From: Actinomycetota bacterium
GTDB lineage: Bacteria > Actinomycetota > Thermoleophilia > RBG-16-64-13
Reading direction: 5' to 3'
Length of the DNA stretch: 64,000 bases
NCBI GenBank assembly: GCA_018830645.1
Contig: JAHJSA010000050.1
Coordinates: forward strand, 45,676 to 109,675
A model generated the notes under the pieces. It saw only the letters and a program-made list of their open reading frames with translations. It was not told the origin of the DNA and ran no database searches. Below are positions 57,560-64,000 of this stretch, piece by piece; positions within the stretch are counted from its first letter, which is position 1; each line of letters starts with the position of its first letter. The translations under genes were made by a program, and so were the position numbers.

Positions 57560-58147
57560 GTGCCTCTGATCAACTTCGCCGCACGCGAGATCAACTACAA
57601 GATCGTCTACTATGGGTGCGGTCTATGCGGCAAGACCACGAACATCCAGTACATCCACAAGAAGGTGAACCCGAACGCCCGCGGCAAGCTGGTCAGTATC
57701 GCGACCGAGGAGGAGCGCACCCTCTACTTCGACTTCCTCCCACTTACCCTGGGAACAGTCAAGGGCATGAAGACTCGCTTCCACCTCTATACCGTCCCGG
57801 GCCAGTCGTACTACAACGCGTCCCGCCGACTCGTGTTGCAGGGAGTCGATGGCATCGTGATGGTCGCCGACAGCCAGATCACTCGCCTGGACGAGAACGT
57901 CGAGAGCTATCTGAACCTCTGGGATAACCTCCTCGACCAAGGCGACGACTTGACCCGCCTAAGTTTCGTGATCCAACTGAACAAGCGCGATCTCACGGAC
58001 ATCTTCTCGGCCGAGGATCTCAAGGAGCTCCTGAACCACACGAACTCGCCCGTGACGGAAGCGTGCGCGCTCACCGGCCAAGGAGTCTTCGAGACCCTCA
58101 AGACCGTGTGCAAGCAGGTCATCGCCAAGACCGGTCAGGCCTCCTAG
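57560..58147 (+). CDS. mglA: MglA small Ras-like GTPase
   Basis: INFAAREINYKIVYYG.GLCGKTTN, ERTLYFDF, YTVPGQ, GVDG, NKRD, G.GVFETLK. Confidence 0.94.
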   Translation: MPLINFAAREINYKIVYYGCGLCGKTTNIQYIHKKVNPNARGKLVSIATEEERTLYFDFLPLTLGTVKGMKTRFHLYTVPGQSYYNASRRLVLQGVDGIVMVADSQITRLDENVESYLNLWDNLLDQGDDLTRLSFVIQLNKRDLTDIFSAEDLKELLNHTNSPVTEACALTGQGVFETLKTVCKQVIAKTGQAS

Positions 58148-58232
58148 ACGATCACCTCTCGGTGCCTGCGGAGGTCGTGGCGGTACCCTCTCCGGTACCC
58201 TCTCCGCGGACCCGTATGCACCCTTCGGGCGC

Positions 58233-59966
58233 TCATCCCCCCACGCGTACCACCCAGTCTTTGGGAGCGTAGGTACTGCCGAAGTCGTCTTCGTGCACCA
58301 CTCTGCCCGAAGAATCCCGAACCACTCGCCGCACCTCCACCGCCCGCCCCGCGACCCCTGCCTCGACGGGCGAAGTCGTGCCGCGAGCCAAGGCTGGATC
58401 TCGGAGTCGTCGAGGGTTCTCCTCGGAGCTACGAGGGTCGACCAGATCGCGGAACGGTGATGTCTCGTACTCCACCGACCGGTCCCATTCCGGCGCGGCC
58501 AGAGCCACCGCGACCGACCGATCGGTCGCGGTGACCGAAAGCAGCAAGACCGTGTCGGAATCGTTGGTGAAGCGGACGTCGATGGCCCCGTACGAGACCG
58601 TCGCGTCACGGCCGATCGGGTAGTGGTCGATGTAGAACGAGTGCGGCTTGCGCTCCACGATCGGCAGCCCGGCGAAGAAGGCCGTGTTGAAGAGGGTCGT
58701 GGCCACCTGGCAGATGCCGCCGCCCACGCCCGGAGTCAGCACGCCGTCGCGGATCACCGGTGCCTCGTCGAAGCCGGCCTCTTTCGTGCGCGGCCCGACC
58801 GTGTCGTTGAACGAGAAGGTCTCCCCCGGCCTTATGACCACGCCGTCGAGCTTGTTCGAGACCTGGATGATGTTGTTCACGCGGCCCGAGTCCGCAGGAC
58901 TGAAGTAGGTGGTGAACGAAGCCACCTCGCGCCGATCTCCGAGCTGATTGGCGTCCTCTGTGGTCAGGCGAGGGGGCACTTGAGTGGTGGGTATCGGAAC
59001 GTACCGTCGCCCACTCTCGAAAGCGACGCGGGTCATGGAGCCAAGGAGAGCAGACCACTCGACTAGGGTCCCCTCGCTACTGGGCAGCACGGTGAACCCC
59101 CTCCCCCCCTCGGCCGGCACGATCACGGCTTCAACCGGAGGGTCTTCTACAGCTGCAAGCCGCGGTTGCAGGAGTTCTCGGGCGGCCTCCGTGTCGAAGC
59201 TGAAGGGTAGGCCCGAGGTCATACCGGAAGGATTGAACTCCGCCATGGCCGCCAGCTCCTCGGGCGAGACCACGATCTCCTTCCCCTGGTACGCCAGTGT
59301 CAACGGGCCGGCAAGCGCGACCTTGACCTCATCCAGAGCGGCGCGGGCCTCCTCGGTCGTCACGGTTGGCTCCACGACGGTCAGGGGCACCTGCACTTCG
59401 CTCTTCTCGTTGGACAGAGCGTCGAGGAAAGCTGAACGCAGGGCGTCACGCTCCAGCACCGCACCCGCGGCGGCGGCTACCGCCTTGGGCCTCCCCGAAT
59501 CGAACACAAGACGACCGTTCTTGCAGAGGCCTTCGAACTGGAGGGCGACCTCATCGGCGAAAGAGGTCCACCGGACTTCATCGACCTCATAGGCGACGGG
59601 GACCTCGATCGGTTCGGCACTCAGGACCGGCACCAATCTGACCAGCCGATCCACGATGCCTTCGGCAGATCCCGCGCCGAGGGCGGCCGACACGGTCGCA
59701 CCCACGTCAAGAGAGATGCCGGCATCTTCCGCGGTCGACGACATGACGCCTTCGTCGCCCACAAGGTCGATCTCGATGGACGACCGCCGGCCCAGTCGCT
59801 GCTCCAGGACCGCCGCGGCGCTCGCCGCATCCAGGCCTCCGAGCTCGACTCCTCCAGCCGTCACCCCTGGTGGGATCGTGCCGGGATCAGTGCTTCCCAA
59901 CGCCAGCGCGCCCACGCCGACAAAGGCCACCACACACACGATCGCTCCGATGAACACCTTCAACAT
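58233..59966 (-). CDS. VanW family protein with peptidoglycan-binding (YoaR-like) repeats
   Basis: N-terminal TM, RVNNI, PGETFSFN..VGPRT, GGGICQVATTLFN, ERKPHS, GRDATV. Confidence 0.9.
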   Translation of the reverse strand: MLKVFIGAIVCVVAFVGVGALALGSTDPGTIPPGVTAGGVELGGLDAASAAAVLEQRLGRRSSIEIDLVGDEGVMSSTAEDAGISLDVGATVSAALGAGSAEGIVDRLVRLVPVLSAEPIEVPVAYEVDEVRWTSFADEVALQFEGLCKNGRLVFDSGRPKAVAAAAGAVLERDALRSAFLDALSNEKSEVQVPLTVVEPTVTTEEARAALDEVKVALAGPLTLAYQGKEIVVSPEELAAMAEFNPSGMTSGLPFSFDTEAARELLQPRLAAVEDPPVEAVIVPAEGGRGFTVLPSSEGTLVEWSALLGSMTRVAFESGRRYVPIPTTQVPPRLTTEDANQLGDRREVASFTTYFSPADSGRVNNIIQVSNKLDGVVIRPGETFSFNDTVGPRTKEAGFDEAPVIRDGVLTPGVGGGICQVATTLFNTAFFAGLPIVERKPHSFYIDHYPIGRDATVSYGAIDVRFTNDSDTVLLLSVTATDRSVAVALAAPEWDRSVEYETSPFRDLVDPRSSEENPRRLRDPALARGTTSPVEAGVAGRAVEVRRVVRDSSGRVVHEDDFGSTYAPKDWVVRVGG

Positions 59967-59978
59967 GAGCCCCAGGCC

Positions 59979-62498
59979 CTAGCCGTCCGCGTCACTTTGG
60001 AGTTCCGAGATGATCCGCGTGATGATCTCGGTGTGCGCGCCCAGCAGTGCGCCCGCCTCTTCCTCCGTATCGGCTTCCGTGTAGATGTGGAACACGGGGT
60101 CTCCGGCGTCGGGGAGGTACTGCACCCAGTCACCGCTCCCTGCGGCCAGCTTGATGCCGTCGAGCAAGGACACCCGTTCGTTCTTGAATTCTTCCACCAA
60201 CTGGCGCATGACCCCGCCCTTCACCCCCCACGGGCACGGTACGACCGCGTGTGCCATGATCACCTTCGGCAGATCGGCCAGCAGCACCGACACGGGCTCA
60301 TCACCCATGGCGACGGTCTCCAGTATGAGAACGAGGGTCAACAGGGAATCCGGGGCGGGAAGGAAGGACGGCAGGATGAATCTGCCCTCTGTCGTCGCCG
60401 CGAAGATGGTGTGAGGCCGGGTCGCTTCCGCAAACAGCGCAGAGTCGGCCGCGCGGGTACGTACGACGTTCGCGCCGCATTCGGCGGCCACCTCGTCCGC
60501 GTGACGGGTCATGTGCACGGGCAGAGCCACGTTGCCCGGACCGTGTCGTTCGCACGCGTGTCGCATGAGAAAGAGCAGCAGGGCTTCGTCGCTCACACGT
60601 TCGCCGTTCTCGTCGAGGAGGTAGAGTCCTTCGGCCGCCGGGTCCACGCACACACCCAAGTCAGCTCCCATGGCGGCCACCAGCTTCCGCAAACGCTCAT
60701 CCCCGGGATCTCCCACTCCTCTGGCCCGCTGACTCTGGTCGGGGCCCGCGGCCGCATTGATGCTCACGATCTCGACATCCAAGGAGTGCAGGATGTTCGG
60801 TAAGACGATCGACGAGGCGGAGAACCCGTGGTCCAGCACCAACCGCAGCTTGCGGGCACGGATGCGATCAACATCGCACGACGCAAGCAGGGCGCCAAGG
60901 TAGCCCTCAAGCAATCTGGCGGGAAACGTGATCGTGCCCATCTGCTCAGGGGACGCCCGACGGTAGTCCTCCCGGTAGAAGATGTTCTCTATGGCCCGCT
61001 CCGCCGAGGGGCCGATGGGGATACCCGGAGGGGTGGAGAAGAGGATCTCGACCTCTTCCGGGCTGTCCCGGCACACCCGGAGGTGTACTCCGCCCGCGGA
61101 GCTGCCGCTGCGCAGGTCGAAGCGGTTGAGCGACCCCGGAGCCACACGCAGATCGCGCACCGAGACGCCCGTGGCGTTGAGCCCCGCCACAAGAGCTCGG
61201 TTGAACACGCGAGTGGCCGGGTGCCAGTCGCGGCTCGCCGTGACGACGGCCCCCGGAGTCAGCACGGTACCGTACGACATGGCAAGGCGCATCACGAGTT
61301 CGGGAGTCACGTCCACATTGATGAGACCGCGAACGCCGTTCTTCCCGAACAGCGAACTCAGACCACGCGACTCCCAGATCACGCTGGTCCGCACTGAAGC
61401 GCCGGCTTCGATCACCTTGTCTGGATAGATCTTGACATCGCTACCGATGACGGCCTTCTCGCCCACCGAGCAGCCATCGCCCAGCACGGCCCCGGCGGAG
61501 ACATCGGCATTGGCGCGAAGATCGACGTTGGAGCCGATCACCGCGCCGGTGAGACGCACCCCGGGACCCACGTACGCCCGGTCGCCCACCACCGAACCGA
61601 AGATCGAGGCGCCATCCCGAACCACCACGTTGTTGCCTAGCACGGTGTGCGCCCCGATGGTCGCATTCGGGGATACGCGCGCGTAGTCACCGATAAGGGC
61701 CGGGCCCTCGACTCGGTCGATACTCTCGAGGTCGACCCCGTGACCCAGCCAGACGTTGCCGCGAAGCCTCACGCCGGGCACCTGCACGCGCACCTTACCG
61801 TCGAGGGCGTCCCTGTTCGCTTGGACGAACTGGGCCAGGGTCCCTATGTCTTGCCAGTAGCCGTCGCACAGCATCCCATACAGGGGCTTCCTCAGTTCGT
61901 GCAGCCGCGGGAAGAGCTCGTGGCTGAAGTCGTACGGCTGCCCTTGGGGGATATGGTCGAAGATCTCCGGCTCGAGCACGTAGATACCCGTGTTGATCGT
62001 GTCGGAGAATACCTGACCCCACCCCGGTTTCTCCAGGAACCTCTCGATTCTCCCCTCTTCGTCCACGATGACCACGCCGAACTCCAGCGGGTTGTCCACG
62101 CTCTTGAGGGCGATGGTCACCAGGGCCTCTCGCTCGTGGTGGAAGGCCACGATCTCACTTAGGTCGAAATCGGTGAGCGAATCTCCGCTGATCACGAGGA
62201 AGGTGTCGTCGAGCGACGATTCGGCGTTCTTCACCGACCCCGCGGTGCCAAGAGGACTCGCCTCGACGCTGTACTCGATGCGCATGTCGAAGGCGGAGCC
62301 GTCGCCGAAGTAGTTCTGGATCAACTGCGGCATGAAGGCTACCGTCATCACGACGTCGCGAACACCGTGTCTCGAGAGGAGCTCGAGGATATGCAAAGCC
62401 GTGGGCTTGTTCACCACGGGCACCATCGGCTTCGGTTGGTTGGACGTGAGTGGCCGGAGTCGCGTGCCTTGCCCGCCGGCCATGACGACCGCTTTCAC
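59979..62498 (-). CDS. Mannose-1-phosphate guanylyltransferase / phosphomannomutase-like fusion
   Basis: [36 protein letters not shown], hexapeptide repeats, then LFG..GVRG phosphohexomutase-like half. Confidence 0.9.
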   Translation of the reverse strand: MKAVVMAGGQGTRLRPLTSNQPKPMVPVVNKPTALHILELLSRHGVRDVVMTVAFMPQLIQNYFGDGSAFDMRIEYSVEASPLGTAGSVKNAESSLDDTFLVISGDSLTDFDLSEIVAFHHEREALVTIALKSVDNPLEFGVVIVDEEGRIERFLEKPGWGQVFSDTINTGIYVLEPEIFDHIPQGQPYDFSHELFPRLHELRKPLYGMLCDGYWQDIGTLAQFVQANRDALDGKVRVQVPGVRLRGNVWLGHGVDLESIDRVEGPALIGDYARVSPNATIGAHTVLGNNVVVRDGASIFGSVVGDRAYVGPGVRLTGAVIGSNVDLRANADVSAGAVLGDGCSVGEKAVIGSDVKIYPDKVIEAGASVRTSVIWESRGLSSLFGKNGVRGLINVDVTPELVMRLAMSYGTVLTPGAVVTASRDWHPATRVFNRALVAGLNATGVSVRDLRVAPGSLNRFDLRSGSSAGGVHLRVCRDSPEEVEILFSTPPGIPIGPSAERAIENIFYREDYRRASPEQMGTITFPARLLEGYLGALLASCDVDRIRARKLRLVLDHGFSASSIVLPNILHSLDVEIVSINAAAGPDQSQRARGVGDPGDERLRKLVAAMGADLGVCVDPAAEGLYLLDENGERVSDEALLLFLMRHACERHGPGNVALPVHMTRHADEVAAECGANVVRTRAADSALFAEATRPHTIFAATTEGRFILPSFLPAPDSLLTLVLILETVAMGDEPVSVLLADLPKVIMAHAVVPCPWGVKGGVMRQLVEEFKNERVSLLDGIKLAAGSGDWVQYLPDAGDPVFHIYTEADTEEEAGALLGAHTEIITRIISELQSDADG

Positions 62499-62514
62499 CG
62501 TGTCCCCCTTTCGT

Positions 62515-63054
62515 TCACGCGCCCGCCCGTCCGACCACCCCCGGGCGTGGACGCCGGAACTGACGTACGCCTTGATGCGTGTAGACGGCGGCCGACGTCA
62601 GTGACAACGCCGCACCCACCCAGAACAGAGATTCAGCCACGCCTGCACCCAAGACTGCCAGGAACAGAGTCAGCATCAGCACAGCCGTGCTGACCTTGCC
62701 CAAGAGGTTCACCGACACCTGCGTGCCCCTGCGATTCAAGACATAGTACCCCGCCATGACGTATGCGTCTCGAACGAGCACGGCCATCAGCGGGGCGGTG
62801 GGAAGACGGTGGGTCACCAGAAGGATCACGAGAGCGCTGCCGATGAGGAGGCGGTCCGCGAGTGGGTCCGCGAAACGCCCGAAGTCGGTGACAGTATCGG
62901 TGCGTCGGGCGATCTGACCGTCGAGCCAGTCGGTGATCGACGCGACCGCGAACAGGACTCCCGCAACGAGGGAGCCACCGCCGTCATCGACTGCCAGGAA
63001 GTAGATGAACACGGGAATGATCAGCAGCCGGAACATGGTCAACACGTTGGCCAC
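62515..63054 (-). CDS. CDP-alcohol phosphatidyltransferase (PgsA-like)
   Basis: [18 protein letters not shown]....[13 protein letters not shown]. Confidence 0.92.
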   Translation of the reverse strand: MANVLTMFRLLIIPVFIYFLAVDDGGGSLVAGVLFAVASITDWLDGQIARRTDTVTDFGRFADPLADRLLIGSALVILLVTHRLPTAPLMAVLVRDAYVMAGYYVLNRRGTQVSVNLLGKVSTAVLMLTLFLAVLGAGVAESLFWVGAALSLTSAAVYTHQGVRQFRRPRPGVVGRAGA

Positions 63055-63155
63055 CGCGCACCTCCCTCACCGTGTCCACGCGCGGTGGTCGCCACGCGTA
63101 CCGCTCCGCGCGGGACTCCGTCGACCCCGATCGCAACCCACAAGGAAATACGAAG

Positions 63156-63229
63156 TCGGGACGGCCAGATTCGAACTGGCGACCTCCCGGCCCCCAGCCG
63201 GATGCGCTACCAGACTGCGCCACGTCCCG
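63156..63229 (-). tRNA. tRNA-Pro(GGG), CCA not encoded
   Basis: CGGGACGTGGCGCAGTCTGGTAGCGCA-TCCGG-CTGGGGG-CCGGG-AGGTCGCCAGTTCGAATCTGGCCGTCCCGA; TG-TATACT upstream at about 63241-63249. Confidence 0.95.
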
Positions 63230-63263
63230 ACGCAGGGGTCAGTATACCAAACGCTCGAGGTGG

Positions 63264-63998
63264 CTAGTGACGCTCGGGGCGACGCTCTCGCAACATGAGA
63301 TCGCGCACGCTGTCTCGCACGCTCTTACCTTCATAGACGACCGCCACGACATTCTCGGTGATGGGCATCTCGACGCCCTTCGATCGTGCGAGTCGCAGGA
63401 TCGCCGGAGCGGCCGTGAGCCCTTCGGCCACCATGCCGATCTCCGATTCGACTTCCGCAGGGGAGTGCCCGTGAGCTAACAGTTCACCGGCCAGTCGGTT
63501 GCGACTGTGCCGCGAAGTGCACGTAGCCACCAAGTCACCCAAGCCGGCCAGGCCGGCGAAGGTAAGCGGCTCCGCACCCAGCGCGATGCCCAGACGCGCC
63601 ATCTCGGCGATGCCTCGCGTCATGAGGGCCGCCCTCGCATTGTCACCGTACCCCACCCCGTCACCCATGCCCGTGGCGACTGCGATGATGTTCTTCACGG
63701 CGCTCGCCAACTCGACGCCGATAAGATCGTGGTTGACATAGGCCCTGAATGTCTCAGTGGAGAGCAACTCTTGCAGAGCTTCGGCGAACTCCACATCGTG
63801 CGATGCGATCACGGTGGCCGTGGGTTGGTCGAGGGTGACTTCTTCGGCGTGATTCGGTCCAGAGAGTACCGCCACCCTCGGAGTCGAAGCCTGCCACATC
63901 TCCTGGAGGAGTTCGGAGAAACGGCGCAAGGTCGCGGGCTCGACGCCCTTCGTGAGGCTGAGCACGCCCACGTTCTTCGGAATGCGAGCTGCGAGCGA
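63264..63998 (-). CDS. gpsA: NAD(P)H-dependent glycerol-3-phosphate dehydrogenase (5'-truncated by window edge)
   Basis: TKGVE, LSGPNHA, GVELASAVKNIIA, GDNARAAL, GLAGLGDLVATCTS.HSRN, VAEG. Confidence 0.96.
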   Translation of the reverse strand, partial: SLAARIPKNVGVLSLTKGVEPATLRRFSELLQEMWQASTPRVAVLSGPNHAEEVTLDQPTATVIASHDVEFAEALQELLSTETFRAYVNHDLIGVELASAVKNIIAVATGMGDGVGYGDNARAALMTRGIAEMARLGIALGAEPLTFAGLAGLGDLVATCTSRHSRNRLAGELLAHGHSPAEVESEIGMVAEGLTAAPAILRLARSKGVEMPITENVVAVVYEGKSVRDSVRDLMLRERRPERH

Positions 63999-64000
63999 CT

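Noticed and set aside
63055-63229. Integration site at tRNA-Pro
   Set aside because: No integrase, no duplicated tRNA 3' end seen, housekeeping genes on both sides.

Overview
High-GC bacterial chromosome segment, almost all housekeeping genes. The gene content and synteny (single-motif RsiG, GarA-like FHA-MerR block, Firmicute-like fakA/fakB and aspS-6S arrangements) suggest a deep-branching Actinomycetota lineage such as Thermoleophilia; this is inference, not a database result. From 1 to 53.5 kb nearly every gene is on + : def-fmt-rpe, FMN riboswitch with ribD-ribE-ribBA-ribH, (rpmB on -), asp23-fakA-fakB-recG-rsmD-coaD-yceD-rpmF, an EF-G paralog, yebC-ruvCAB-queH-queA-tgt-yajC-secDF, ubiB-like kinase, recJ-rel, hisS-aspS-6S RNA, an IscU-MnmA fusion, a SigB-type module, alaS-ruvX-mltG-aroE-pilB-pilT-pilC and a second sigma factor. 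A 28-bp dif-like site sits at 53574-53601, and beyond it most genes are on - (apt, MerR, FHA, rsiG, gcvH, VanW, GMPP/PMM, pgsA, tRNA-Pro, gpsA). The window therefore probably spans the replication terminus. I saw no mobile elements, prophage or CRISPR. The most interesting items are: (1) a candidate c-di-GMP, MglAB and type IV pilus polarity/motility circuit clustered around dif; (2) a candidate leader-peptide attenuator in front of an EF-G paralog with degenerate GTPase motifs; (3) the IscU-MnmA fusion; (4) RecJ with a Cys-rich C-terminal extension; (5) an unannotated 6S RNA. All calls come from reading motifs by eye; no searches were run.
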